From Squalus acanthias (lineage: Eukaryota), in the NCBI GenBank assembly GCA_030390025.1, contig CM059438.1, positions 57,290,001 through 57,354,000 of the forward strand: DNA of 64,000 nt. Direction: 5' to 3'. This document shows positions 30,001 to 43,654 of the stretch, piece after piece (position 1 is the first letter of the stretch; every line of letters begins with the position of its first letter). The notes beneath the pieces were generated by a model. That model was not told the origin of the DNA. It did not search any database and saw nothing but the letters and a program-made list of their open reading frames with translations. Position numbers and translations under genes: made by a program.

Positions 30001-33000
30001 CTGACACTTCACCAGGGAACACAGTTACCAGAGACTGATACTCCACCCAGGGAACACAGTTACCAGAGACTGACACTCCACCCAGGGAACACAGTTACCA
30101 CAGACTGACACTCCACCCAGGGAACACAATTACCAGAGACTGACACTCCACCCAGGGAACACAGTTACCAGAGACTGACACTCCACCCAGGGAACACAGT
30201 TACCAGAGACTGACACTCCACCCAGGCAACAGTTACCAGAGAGTGACACTCCACCAGGGAACACAGTTACCACAGACTGACACTCCACCAGGGAACACAG
30301 TTACCATAGACTGACACTTCACCAGGGAACACAGTTACCACAGACTGACACTCCACCCAGGGAACAGTTACCAGAGAGTGACACTCCACCAGGGAACACA
30401 GTTAGCAGAGACTGACACTCCACCGGGGAACACAGTTACCACAGACTCACACTCCACCCAGGGAACACAGTTACCAGAGACTGGCACTCCACCCAGGGAA
30501 CAGTTACCAGAGAGTGACACTCCACCAGGGAACACAGTTACCACAGACTGACACTTCACCAGGGAACACAGTTACCACAGACTGACACTTCACCCAGGGA
30601 ACACAGTTACCACAGACTGACACTCCACTAGGGAACATAGTTACCACAGACTGACACTCCACCCAGGGAACACAGTTACCACAGACTGACACTTCACCAG
30701 GGAACACAGTTACCAGAGACTGATACTCCAACCAGGGAACACAGTTACCACAGACTGACGCTCCACCCAGGGAACACAATTACCAGAGACTGACACTCCA
30801 CCCAGGGAACACAGTTACCAGAGACTGACACTCCACCCAGGGAACATAGTTAGCAGAGACTGACACTGCACCGGGGAACATAGTTACCACTAACTGACAC
30901 TCCACCCAGGGAACATAGTTACCAGAGACTGACACTCCACCCAGGGAACACAGTTACCACAGACTGACACTCCAACCAGAGAACACAGTTACCAGAGACT
31001 GACACTCCACCCAGGGAACACAGTTACCAGAGACTGACACTCCACCCAGGGAACACAGTTACCAGAGACTGACACTCCACCCAGGGAACACAGTTCACAG
31101 ACTGACACTCCACAAAGGGAACACAGTTACCAGAGACTGATACTCCACCCAGGGAACACAGTTACCACAGACTGACACTCCACCCAGGGAACACAATTAC
31201 CAGAGACTGACACTCCACCCAGGGAACACAGTTACCAGAGACTGACATTCCACCGGGGAACCTAGTTACCACAGACTCACACTCCACCCAGGGAACATCG
31301 TTACCAGAGACTGACACTCCACCCAGGGAACACAGTTACCACAGACTGACACTCCAACCAGAGAACACAGTTACCAGAGACTGACACTCCACCGGGGAAC
31401 ACAGTTACCACAGACTCACACTCCACCCAGGGAACACAGTTACCAGAGACTGGCACTCCACCCAGGGAACACAGTTACCAGAGAGTGACACTCCACCAGG
31501 GAACACAGTTACCAGTGACTGACACTCCACCCAGGGAATACAGTAACCAGAGACTGATACTCCACCCAGGGAACAGAGTTACCAGAGACTGACACTCCAC
31601 CCAGTGAACACAGTTACCACAGACTGACACTCCACCCAGGGAACACAGTTACCAGAGACTGACACTCCACCCAGGCAACAGTTACGAGAGAGTGACACTC
31701 CACCAGGGAACACAGTTACCACAGACTGACACTCCACCAGGGAACACAGTTACCAGAGACTGACACTTCACCAGGGAACACAGTTACCACAGACTGACAC
31801 TCCACCCAGGGAACACAGTTAGCAGAGACTGACACTCCACCGGGGAACATAGTTACCACAGACTCACACTTCACCCAGGGAACACAGTTACCAGAGACTG
31901 ACACTCCACCCAGGGAACACAGTTACCACAGACTGACACTCCAACTAGAGAACACAGTTACCAGAAACTGACACTCCACCCAGGGAACAGTATTACCAGA
32001 GACTGACACTCCACACAGAGAACACAGTTACCAGAGACTGACACTCCACCCAGGAAAGACAGTTACCAGAGACTGACACTCCACCCAGGAAAGACAGTTA
32101 CCAGAGACTGACACTCCACCCAGGGAACACAGTTACCAGAGACTGAAACTCCACCCAGGGAACACAGTTACCACAGACTGACACTCCACCCAGAGAACAC
32201 AGTTACTTGAGACTGACACTCCACCCAGGGAACACAGTTACCAGAGACTGACACTCCACCCAGGAAAGACAGTTATCAGAGACTGACACTCCACCCAGGA
32301 AAGACAGTTACCAGAGACTGACACTTCACCCAGGGAACACAGATACCAGAGACTGACACTCCATTCAGGGAACACAGTTACCAGAGATTGACACTCCACC
32401 CAGGGAAAACAGTTACCAGAGACTGACACTTCACCCAGGGAACACAGATACCAGAGACTGACACTTCACCCAGGGAACACAGATACCAGAGATTGACACT
32501 CCACCCAGGGAACACAGTTACCAGAGACTCACACTCCACCCAGGGAACACAGTTACCAGAGACTGACACTCCACCCAGGGAACACAGTTACCACAGACTG
32601 ACACTCCACCCAGGGAACACAATTACCAGAGACTGACACTCCACCCAGGGAACACAGTTACCAGAGACTGACACTCCACCCAGGGAACACAGTTACCAGA
32701 GACTGACACTCCACCCAGGCAACAGTTACCAGAGACTGACACTCCACCAGGGAACACAGTTACCACAGACTGACACTCCAACCAGAGAACACAGTTACCA
32801 GAAACTGACACTGCACCCAGGGAACACAGTTACCAGAGACTGGCACTCCACCCAGGGAACAGTTACCAGAGAGTGACACTCCACCAGGGAACACAGTTAC
32901 CAGAGACTGACACTTCACCAGGGAACACAGTTACCACAGACTGACACTTCACCCAGGGAACACAGTTACCACAGACTGACACTCCACTAGGGAACATAGT

Positions 33001-35351
33001 TACCACAGACTGACACTCCACCCAGGGAACACAGTTACCACAGACTGACACTTCACCAGGGAACACAGTTACCAGAGACTGATACTCCAACCAGGGAACA
33101 CAGTTACCACAGACTGACGCTCCACCCAGGGAACACAATTACCAGAGACTGACACTCCACCCAGGGAACACAGTTACCAGAGACTGACACTCCACCCAGG
33201 GAACATAGTTAGCAGAGACTGACACTGCACCGGGGAACATAGTTACCACTAACTGACACTCCACCCAGGGAACATAGTTACCAGAGACTGACACTCCACC
33301 CAGGGAACACAGTTACCAGAGACTGACACTCCACCCAGGGAACACAGTTCACAGACTGACACTCCACAAAGGGAACACAGTTGCCAGAGACTGATACTCC
33401 ACCCAGGGAACACAGTTACCACAGACTGACACTCCACCCAGGGAACACAATTACCAGAGACTGACACTCCACCCAGGGAACACAGTTACCAGAGACTGAC
33501 ATTCCACCGGGGAACCTAGTTACCACAGACTCACACTCCACCCAGGGAACATCGTTACCAGAGACTGACACTCCAACCAGAGAACACAGTTACCAGAAAC
33601 TGACACTCCACCCAGGGAACACAGTTACCAGAGAGTGACACTCCACCCAGGGAACACAGTTACCAGTGACTGACACTCCACCCAGGGAATACAGTTACCA
33701 GTGCCTGACACTCCACCCAGGGAATACAGTAACCAGAGACTGATACTCCACCCAGGGAACAGAGTTACCAGAGACTGACACTCCACCCAGTGAACACAGT
33801 TACCACAGACTGACACTCCACCAGGGAACACAGTTACCAGAGACTGACACTTCACCAGGGAACACAGTTACCACAGACTGACACTCCACCCAGGGAACAC
33901 AGTTAGCAGAGACTGACACTCCACCGGGGAACATAGTTACCACAGACTCACACTTCACCAAGGGAACACAGTTACCAGAGACTGACACTCCACCCAGGGA
34001 ACACAGTTACCACAGACTGACACTCCAACTAGAGAACACAGTTACCAGAAACTGACACTCCACCCAGGGAACACAGTTACCAGAGACTGACACTCCACCC
34101 AGGAAAGACAGTTACCAGAGACTGACACTCCACACAGAGAACACAGTTACCAGAGACTGACACTCCACCCAGGAAAGACAGTTACCAGAGACTGACACTC
34201 CACCCAGGAAAGACAGTTACCAGAGACTGACACTCCACCCAGGGAACACAGTTACCAGAGACTGAAACTCCACCCAGGGAACACAGTTACCACAGACTGA
34301 CACTCCACCCAGAGAACACAGTTACTTGAGACTGACACTCCACCCAGGGAACACAGTTACCAGAGACTGACACTCCACCCAGGAAAGACAGTTATCAGAG
34401 ACTGACACTCCACCCAGGAAAGACAGTTACCAGAGACTGACACTTCACCCAGGGAACACAGATACCAGAGACTGACACTCCATTCAGGGAACACAGTTAC
34501 CAGAGATTGACACTCCACCCAGGGAAAACAGTTACCAGAGACTGACACTCCACCCAGGGAACACAGTTACCACAGACTGACACTCCACCAGGGAACACAG
34601 TTACCAGAGACTGATACTCCACCCAGGGAACACAGTTACCAGAGACTGACACTCCACCCAGGGAACACAGTTACCACAGACTGACACTCCACCCAGGGAA
34701 CACAATTACCAGAGACTGACACTCCACCCAGGGAACACAGTTACCAGAGACTGACACTCCACCCAGGGAACACAGTTACCAGAGACTGACACTCCACCCA
34801 GGCAACAGTTACCAGAGAGTGACACTCCACCAGGGAACACAGTTACCACAGACTGACACTCCACCAGGGAACACAGTTACCATAGACTGACACTTCACCA
34901 GGGAACACAGTTACCACAGACTGACACTCCACCCAGGGAACACAGTTAGCAGAGACTGACACTCCACCGGGGAACACAGTTACCACAGACTCACACTCCA
35001 CCCAGGGAACACAGTTAGCAGAGACTGACACTCCACCGGGGAACATAGTTACCACAGACTGACACTCCACCCAGGGAACATAGTTACCAGAGACTGACAC
35101 TCCACCCAGGGAACACAGTTACCACAGACAGACACTCCAACCAGAGAACACAGTTACCAGAAACTGACACTCCACCCAGAGAACACATTTACCAGAAACT
35201 GACACTCCACCCAGGGAACACAGTTACCAGAGACTGACACTCCACCCAGGGAACAGTTACCAGAGACTGACACTCCACCCAGGGAACACAGTTACCAGAG
35301 AGTGACACTCCACCAGGGAACACAGTTACCAGAGACTGACACTCCACCCAG
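1..35351. repeat. 35-bp satellite tandem array, about 1,000 monomers, truncated by the window start
   Basis: Consensus ACTGACACTCCACCCAGGGAACACAGTTACCAGAG is repeated head-to-tail without interruption, with a common 34-bp variant (CCC>CC) and a CAGAG>CACAG variant. It ends abruptly at ...actccacccag|aatgatg. Confidence 0.99.
27460..35351. repeat. Diverged edge domain of the satellite with an irregular higher-order repeat (about 2.1-2.4 kb)
   Basis: Rare variants recur in the same order: TTACTTGAG at about 29821, 32207 and 34326; ATTCCACCGGGGAACCTAG at about 28831, 31247 and 33501; GACGCTCC at about 27722, 30758 and 33117. Confidence 0.85.
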
Positions 35352-35505
35352 AATGATGAAAACTTGTACCAATGGTAACTTCTCGCTAACCTCAACAAAG
35401 TGTTTTGTTGTTAGTTGTGTCAAATTTCTTTCAAAATCAGGATTGCAGCATATTCGGCACACAGACCTTCCTCCACTCCTGATTTCAGAATCCATACTGC
35501 TTGTT

Positions 35506-37303
35506 ACATAAGAACATATGAAATAGGAGCAGTGGTAGGCCATTTTGCCCCTCGAGCCTGCCCCGTCATTCAATAAGATCATGCCTGATCTGATCTTGGC
35601 CTCAACGCCACTTCCTGCCCGCTCCCCATAACCCTTGACTTCCCTGTAGCTCAAATATAGGTCTATCTCTGCCTTGAATATATTCAATGACTCCGCCTCC
35701 ACAGCTCTCTGGGGTGGAGAATTCCAAAGATTCATGACCCTCTGAGAGAAGAAATTCCTCCTGATATCCATTTTAAATGGGCGACCCCTTATCCTGAAAC
35801 TGTGTCCCCTAGTTCTAGATTCCCCCACGAGGGGAAACATCCTTCCTGCATCTACCCTATCAAGCCCCCATAGAATCTTATGTTTCAAATTGATAACCTC
35901 TCATTCTTCTAAACTCCAATGAGTATTGGCCCATCCTGCTCAACCTGTCTTCATAAGACAACCCCTTCATCTCAGGAATTAACCTAGTGAACATTCTCTG
36001 AACTGCCTTCAATGCAATTATATCCCTCCTTAAATAAGGAGACCAAAACTGCACACAGTACTCCAGGTGTGGTCTCACCAGCGCCCTGTACAACTGTAGC
36101 AAGACTTCCCTACTTTTATACTCCATCCCCCTTGCAATAAAGGCCAACATTCCATTTGCCTTCCTAATTACTTGCTGTACCTGCATGATAACTTTTTGTG
36201 TTTCATGTACGAGGACCCCTAGATCCCTCTGTACCGCAGCATTATGCAGTCTCTCCATTTAAATAATGATTTGCTTTTTATTTTTCCTACCAAAGTGAAT
36301 AACCTCACATTTTCCCACATTATACTCCATCTGCCAAATTTTTGCCCACTCACTTAACCTATCTGTATCCCTTTGCAGATGCTTTGTGTCCTCCTCACAA
36401 CTTGCTTTCCCACCTATCCTTGTATCATCAGCAAATTTGGCTACAGTACACATGGCCCCTTCATCCAAGTCATTAACATAGATTGTAAATAGTTGAGGCC
36501 CCAGCACTGATCCCTGTGGCACCCACTAGTTACAGTTTGCCAACCGGAAAATGACCCATTTATCCTGACTCTCTGTTTTCTGTTAGTTAGCCAATCATAT
36601 ATCCATGCCTATGTATTACCCTCAACCCTGTGAGCTCTTATCTTGTGCAGTAACCTTTTATGCGGCACCTTACCAAATGCATTCTGGAAATCCAAATACA
36701 CTACATCTACTGGCTCCCCTTTATCCACCCTGCTCGTTACATCCTCAAAGAACTCTAGTAAATTTGTCAAACTCTGCTTGATTGTATTATGATTTTCTAA
36801 ATGCCCTGCTACTACTTTTTTAATAATGGATTCCAGCATTTTCCCAATGACAGATGTTAGGCTAACTGGCCTATAGTTTCCTGCTTTTTGCCTCCCTCCT
36901 TTTTTGAATAGGGGCGTTACATTTGCGGTTTTCCAATCTGCTGGGATCTCTCCAGAATCCAGGGAATTTTGGTAGATTACAACCAACGCATCCACTATCT
37001 CTGCAGCTACTTCTTTTAAGACCCTAGGATGTAAGTCATCAGGTCCAGGGGACTTGTCAGCCTTTAGTCCCATTAGTTTGCCTAGTACTTTTTCTCTAGT
37101 GATAGTCTTTGTTTTAAGTTCCTCCCTCCCTACAGCCCCTTGATTATCAATTATTATTGGGATGCTTTTAGTGTCTTCTACCATGAAAATATTTGTTCAA
37201 AGTCTCTGCCATTTCCCTGTTTCCCATTATTAATTTCCCAGTCCCATCCTCTAAGGGACCAACTTTTACTTTAGCTACTCTCTTCCCTTTTATATACCTG
37301 TAG
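35506..37303 (-). mobile_element. CR1-clade LINE (HER1-like), 5'-truncated and decayed
   Basis: Broken RT ORFs contain KSPGPD, NYRPVSLTS, PQGSVLGP, KFADD and LVRPHLEYCVQFWSP. The 3' tail (reverse complement of acataagaacatatg) is at 35506. Confidence 0.95.
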
Positions 37304-37902
37304 TTAGCGAGGCTCTGTAGAGTCATAGAGTTATAGAGTCATACAGCACAGAAAGAGGCCCTTCGGCCCATCGTATCCGCGCCAGCCATCAAGCCCTGTC
37401 TATTCTAATCCCATTTTCCAGCACTTGGTCCGTAGCCTTGTATGCTATGGTGTTTCAATTTCTCATCTAAATGCTTCTTGAATGTTGAGGGTTCCTGCCT
37501 CTACCACCCTTTCAGGCAGTGAGTTCTAGATTCCAACCACCCTCTGGGTGAAAAGGTTTTTCCTCAAATCCCCTCTAAACCTCCTGCCCCTTACCTTGAA
37601 ACTATGCCCCCTGGTTATTGACCCCTCTACTAAGGGGAAAAGTTTCTTTCTATCTACCCTCATAATTTTGTACACCTCAATCAGGTCCCCCCTCAGCATT
37701 CTCTGCTCTAAGGAAAACAACCCCAGCCTGTCCAGTCTCTCTTCATAGCTAAAGCGCTCCAGCGCAGGTAACATCCTGGTGAATCTCCTCTGCACCCTCT
37801 CCAATGCAATCACATCCTTCCTCTAGTGTGGCGACCAGAACTGCACACAGTATTCCAGCTGTGACCTAACTAGCGTTTTACACAGCTCCATCATAACCTC
37901 CC

Positions 37903-39266
37903 TGCTAGAGTCCATTATAAAAGATGTAATAGCAGAGCACTTGGAAAACAGTGACAGGATCGGACAAAGTCAACATGGATTTACAAAAGGGAAATCGTGC
38001 TTGACTAATCTACTGGAATTTTTTGAGGATGTAACTGGTAAAATAGATAAGGGAGAACCAGTAGATGTGGTGTATTTGGACTTTCAGAAGGCTTTCGATA
38101 AGGTCCCGCATAAGAGATTAGCGTGTAAAGTTAAGGCACATGGGATTGGGGGCAAGGTATTGACTTGGATAGAGAACTGGTTGGCAGACAGAAAGCAAAG
38201 AGTTGGAATAAACGGGTCTTTTTCCGAGTGGCAGGCAGTGACTAGTGGGGTACCGCAGGGATTGGTCCTCGGACCCCAGCTATTCACAATATATATTAAT
38301 GATCTAGATGAGAGAATTGGATGTAATATCTCCAAGTTTGCAGACGACACAAAGCTGGGTGGGAGTGTGTGCCGTGAGGAGGATGCCGAGAAACTCCAGT
38401 ATGATTTGGACAGGTTGGGTGATTGGGCAGAAGCATGGCTGATGCAATATCATGTGGATAAATGCGAGGTTATCCACTTTGGTGTCAAAAGCAGGAAGGC
38501 AGATTATTATCTGAATGGCAATAGATTGGGAGAAGGAGAAGTGCAACGAGACCTGGTTGTCCTTGTGCACCAGTCGCTGAAGGTAAGCATGCAGGTGCAG
38601 CAGGCGGTGAAGAAGGCAAATGGTATGTTGGCCTTCATAGCGAAAGGGTTCGAGTACAGGAACAAGGATGTCTTGCTGCAGTTGTACAGGGCCTTGGTGA
38701 GACCACATCTTGAGTATTGTGTGCAGTTTTGGTCGCCTTATCTGAGGAAAGATGTTCTTGCCATGGAGGGAGTGCAGCGAAGATTCACCAGGTTGATACC
38801 TGGGATGGCAGGAATGACGTATGAGGAGAGATTGGGTCAATTGGGCTTATACTCGCTGGAGTTTAGAAGAATGAGAAGGGATCTCATTGAAACTTATAAA
38901 ATTCTAACAGGACTAGACAGACTAGATGCAGGAAGGATGTTCCCGATGGCCGGGGAGTCCAGAACCAGGGGTCACAGTCTAAGGATAAGGGGTAAGCCAT
39001 TTAGGACTGAGATGAGGAGGAATTTCTTCACCCAGAGAGTGGTGAACCTGTGGAATTCTCTACCACAGAAGGCAGTAGAGGCCAATTCATTAAATATATT
39101 CAAGAAGGAGTTAGATATTTTTCTTAAAGCTAAAGGGATCAAGGGATATGGAGAGAAGGCAGGGACAGGGTACTGAATTTGGATGATCAGCCATGATCTC
39201 ATGAATGGCGGAGCAGGCTCGAGGGGCTGAATGGCCTACTCCTGCTCCTATCTTCTATGTTTCTAT
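37903..39266 (+). mobile_element. Young 5'-truncated CR1 LINE nested in an older CR1
   Basis: Uninterrupted 411-aa RT/C-terminal reading frame, a 3' UTR GCTCGAGGGGCTGAATGGCCTACTCCTGCTCC and a TTCTATGTTTCTAT tail. Confidence 0.96.
37941..39176 (+). pseudogene. CR1 ORF2 reverse transcriptase domain, open but N-terminally truncated
   Basis: Motifs QHGF, YLDFQKAFDKV, GVPQG and KFADD are present. The endonuclease domain and a true start are missing. Confidence 0.9.
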
Positions 39267-41883
39267 ATTCTATGCCTTGGCTAATGAAGGTAAGTATCCC
39301 ATATGCCTTTTTAACCACCTTATCTATCTGTCCTGCTGCCTTCAGGGATCTATGTACATGCACACCAAGGTCCCTCTGATCCTCTGTCCTTCCTCGGGTC
39401 CTACCATTCATTGTGTATTCCCTTGCCTTGTTAGTCCTCCCAAAATGCATCACCTCACACTTTTCAGGATTAAATTCCATTTGCCACTGTTCTGCCCATC
39501 TGACCAACCTGTCTATATCGTCCTGTAGCCTGAGGCTTCCCTCCTCGCTATTTACCACTCCACCAATTTTCATGTCATCTGCGAACTTACTGCGGTACAC
39601 CACTGGACACAGGCTTCCAGTCACAAAAACAACCTTCGACTATCACCCTCTGCCTCCTGCCACTAAGTCAATTTTGGATCCAATGTGCCAAGTTACCCTG
39701 GATCCCATAGGCTCTTACCTTCTTGACCAGTCTCCCATGCGGGACTTTGTCAAAAGCCTTACTGAAGTCCATGTAGACTACATCAACTGCAATACCCTCA
39801 TCCACACACCTAGTCACCCCCTCAAAAAATTCAATCAAATTGGTTAGACATGATCTCCCCCTGACAAAGCCATGCTGACTATCCTTGATTAATCCTTGCC
39901 TCTCCAAGTGGAGACTAATTCTGTCCCTCAGAATTTTTTCCAATAATTTCCCTACCACTGATGTTAGACTCACTGGCCTATAATTCCCTGGTTTATCCCT
40001 ACTACCCTTCTTGAATAATGATACTACGTTAGCTGTCCTCAAGTCCTCTGGCACCTCCCCTGTGGCCAGAGAGGTTCTGAAAATTTGTGTCAGAGCTCCC
40101 TTGCCTCACACAGTGGCCTGGGATACATCCTGTCTGGGCCGGGGGATTTATCCACTTTTAAGCCCGGTAAAACCACTAGTACCTCCTCCCTCTCAATACT
40201 AATTTGTTCAAGTATATCACAATCCCCCTGCCTGATTTCTGTGCCTACACCGTCCTTCTCCATAGTGAGCAAAGATGCAAAATATTCATTTAAAACCTCA
40301 CCTACATCTTCCGGCTCTACACACAGATTGCCACTTTGGTCCCTAATGGGCCCTACTATTTCGCTGGTTATCCTCTTGCCCTTAATATACTTATAAAACA
40401 CCTTGGGATTTTCCTTTATTTTGCCCGCCAGTGTTTTTTCATGCCCCCTCTTCGCTCTCCTAATTTCTTTTTTAAGTACCCCCCTGCACTTTCTATACTC
40501 CTCTAGGGCTTCCACTGTTTTTAGTCCTTTATATCTGCCAAAAGCCTCCCTTTTTTTCCTAATCCATTCTTGTATATCCCTTGACATCCAGGGTTCCCTG
40601 GGCTTGTTGGTCCCACCCTTGACCTTTACGGGAACATGTTGGCGTTGTACTCTCTCTATTTCCTTTCTGAAAGACTCCCACTGCTCTGATGTGGATTTTC
40701 CTATAAGTAGCTGATTCTAGTCCACTTTGGCCAGATCCTGCCTTATCATATTAAAATCGGCCTTCCCCCAATTTAGAACCTTGATTTCCAGTCCATCTTT
40801 GTCCTTTTCCATGACTACCTTAAATCTCACCGAATTATGGTCACTGTCACCAAAATGCTCTCCTACTGACACTTCTACCACTTGCCCGGCTACATTCCCG
40901 AGAATTAGGTCCAGTACCGCCCCCTCTCTTGTAGGACTTTCTACATGCTGGCTCAAAAAACTCTCCTGGATGCACTTTAAGAATTCTGCACCCTCTAAGC
41001 CTTTCACACTCTGACTATCCCAGTTAATATTGGGGAAGTTGAAATCCCCTATTATTATTACCCTATTATTTCTACACTACTCTGAGATTTGCCTACATAT
41101 CTGTTCCTCTATCTCCCCCTGACTGTTTGGGGGCCTATAGTACACTCCCAGCAAAGTGCTTGCCCCCTTTTTGTTTTTAAGTTCTACCCATATGGCCTCA
41201 TTAGAGGAACCTGCGAAGATATCATCCCTCCTTACAGCAGTAATTGACTCCTTGATTAATATTAATAAGTGTAGCTTTACCATGCTTTGCTCAAATTCAT
41301 GAACCTGCCAGCATTTGAAGTAAAGTTTGTAAATGAACCAGAAAGGATGGACAGTACAGATGACTTGCAGAAGACGTATCTCAGAGGTGGAACCAGGGTC
41401 TGCAGGGGTTGACTGAGTTGCTCCTATCTAGAAGCTGAATGACAACCTGCTTGGACACACTCACGACTTATTTCACGACTTCAAACCACAGACTTCCAAA
41501 TGGAAAGGAACATTTGCTACTTCAGGAATATAAATAGAATTTACAAAACTAAATCATGTTACGCCAGCTTAGCTATGTCTGCACTATTACTGTTTGTAAT
41601 GATTATCTTGGTAACTGTACAATCTTTAACTGCATGGAAGTTGTTAAATGAAATGGTTCTTAGTAACATATTTCTGTGTCCTGATCAGCCCTTGATACCT
41701 CTGGTTAGCCAAGAGTTAAATGTTACTTCAGTAGGGCTGTCCTGCTGTCACAGTACTGGCAGAATGGTGGGTGAGTCAATGTTAATAGGTTTTATGTAGA
41801 ATGATTCAGAGCCAGTTAAATCATATAATTTTACAGCACAGAACAAATCCCATTGTGCCTGTGCCGGCTTTCTGAAAGTTCAT

Positions 41884-42556
41884 GGGGGAAAAATTCGGTT
41901 GCTTTGCGCCTCCCGTTTAACGGGGCGCAAAGCAACTAGCGCCCGGGCGCGGCGCTGCCAACGCCTCCCGTGAAATTCAGCAGGAGGTTAGTGGCAGCGC
42001 TAACCATTAGCGCCCCGCGGCACTGCGCCGCCGGCAATGACGTGATCGCCGTGCACAGCACCCTGCTCGCGCCCTGGCCGCGATCTTCGGTGGCGGCCAC
42101 TGACTTACCGCTGGACGCTATGTCAGACAGGGTCAGGGGGACCTACCTGCGGCCGGGGTGGCGCTATTTAAAGGCGAGGTGGCGGGTGACCATTTTTGTT
42201 GCTGGCTGCCTGCCAGCACCTGCCTGCGCTCACGTCCCCGGCCTCCTGACCCGCCCCCCTGCGGAGTGCTGGCACTCCGATCCCCGGTGGCCCAGCTGGG
42301 CCCCAGGTCGCGCTGCGCAAGGCCCCTCCCCTTTGAGCAGGGGAGGAAGGCCTGCAATACCGTGGCACATAGTGCCGCGATATTCCCTCGTAGCGCCCCA
42401 AGAGGGAGGCGGGGCGGGTCCAGTTGCGTCCCACTTCCCTCTTGGGGCGCTACCACTCAATTTCGGCCGCGGGGGCGCTAATTTTTACGGGGCGCTAAAA
42501 GTAGCGCTCCGGCAAAGTTAGTGTCCCAAAGGGGGCGTGACTCAATTTCTCCCCCC
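41884..42556. mobile_element. GC-rich MITE, probably a non-autonomous Harbinger element
   Basis: Imperfect terminal inverted repeats GGGGGAAAAATT...AATTTCTCCCCC, a CpG-rich body and no credible ORF. It interrupts the CR1 relic. Confidence 0.7.
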
Positions 42557-42779
42557 TATTCCCTTATCTCATTCCCATGCCCTTTTCCCATGCCCTTTAA
42601 ATTTTCTTGTTCCAATATTTATCCACTTTCCTTTTTTAAAATCTCTTATGGATTTTGCATGCCCCACTGTTCCTGGTATTCCACGTCCGAACAATCTGCT
42701 GCATAAAAAAACTTTCTAACCTTTACCTTCATTATTTTGGAGATAATTTTGAACTTACACCCTCTAGTTACTGACTCAT

Positions 42780-43654
42780 GGTTGGGTGGGGGGGGGCCGG
42801 CGCGGGGGGAGGCGAATTTTAACCCCAGAGCGGGTGGGGAGGTTAAAAATTTTAAATTGGGCAACCCGTCTGGAACCCGCCCGGTTTTAATGGAGGTGGG
42901 TCAGGGAGGCAGGCGATCAATCCACTCTCAGGAGGCGAGTTGGCCACTAAAATATTTTAAGGAAGCTGCATGCCTCCATTTTAAGTAAAGTTTTATTTTT
43001 AACACCTGCAGGCCGGGTTTCCCCAGCTGCGGGAATCTCAGGAGATGAAAGGAAGGGAGAAGGGTCGCATCCATCAGGTAAGTGCCTTTACAGCACTTCT
43101 TGTGGGCCAGGAAGAGCAGGTATGTTCCCCTCTCAGCTCCCCCGGCCCGCCTAAGCTGTTTACGCCCGCAATTGGACCCCTGCGATCGGCCAAACCCCCC
43201 GCCCCATGTTCGACACCCACCCCCCGATGTCTGACCACCCCCCCCACCTCCATGACCGATGTCCAACTCCCCCAACCCCACCCCATGTTCAACTGCCCCC
43301 ACCCCCCACATTCACTGATGTCTGACCCCCCCACGACCGATATCCGATTCCCCCCACACCTCCCACCGATGTCCGAACCTCTCACCCCTCAGCAACTGAT
43401 GGCCAACCCCCTCCCACCCCACCCGTGATGTTGGACATGGCTCCAATCCGCTCCCTGGATGCTTTTCAGACTGACAGACAGACAGGTTGTCAAGCTGGCT
43501 ACTGTCGGGCGGGAAACCTGTTGAAAAAATTCTAATCCTGTCTTACCGTTAAATTTGGCAGGACCTGTGGAAACCCTTACTTCTGCGTTTCACGTCTGCA
43601 AATCCTCACCCCCAGCACCCGCTCTTTTCCCAGTTCCGAGTTATTCTTCAGGCC
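42780..43654. mobile_element. MITE-like non-autonomous DNA element (Harbinger-type)
   Basis: GGCGAATTTTAACCCC terminus-like motif and an internal block CAGGTAAGT...GGGCCAGGAAGAGCAGG shared with the elements at 49207 and 50633. A C-rich tract spans 43190-43430. Ends are approximate. Confidence 0.6.

Larger units (their letters stand above)
37318..41262 (-). mobile_element. CR1-clade LINE (APE-RT ORF2), decayed and split by a younger CR1 at 37903-39266
   Basis: 3' tail (tcatagag repeats) lies at about 37320. RT fragments are at 37526-37813, 39199-39624 and 39668-40054, and endonuclease fragments include GVYYRPPNS and DSDHN. Homology resumes in register after the insert. Confidence 0.93.

Noticed and set aside
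237..35100. Minus-strand ORFs encoding VECQSLVTVFPGGVSVSGNCVPW repeats
   Set aside because: They arise where 35- and 34-bp units alternate (69 nt, 23 codons) and so skip the TAA stop. Most lack an ATG start and their positions are random.
1..35351. CRISPR array (35-bp repeats)
   Set aside because: Repeats are directly adjacent with no unique spacers, there are no cas genes and the context is a vertebrate genome.
1..35351. V(D)J recombination signal array (CACAGTT resembles the CACAGTG heptamer)
   Set aside because: No ACAAAAACC-like nonamer at 12 or 23 bp spacing and no V, D or J segments.
1..35351. Ribozyme-containing satellite like newt satellite 2
   Set aside because: No CUGANGA plus GAAA core on either strand of the monomer.
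41970..43428. GC-rich ORFs or a CpG-island promoter
   Set aside because: They lie inside MITEs that interrupt a LINE relic, and the overlapping ORFs reflect GC richness.
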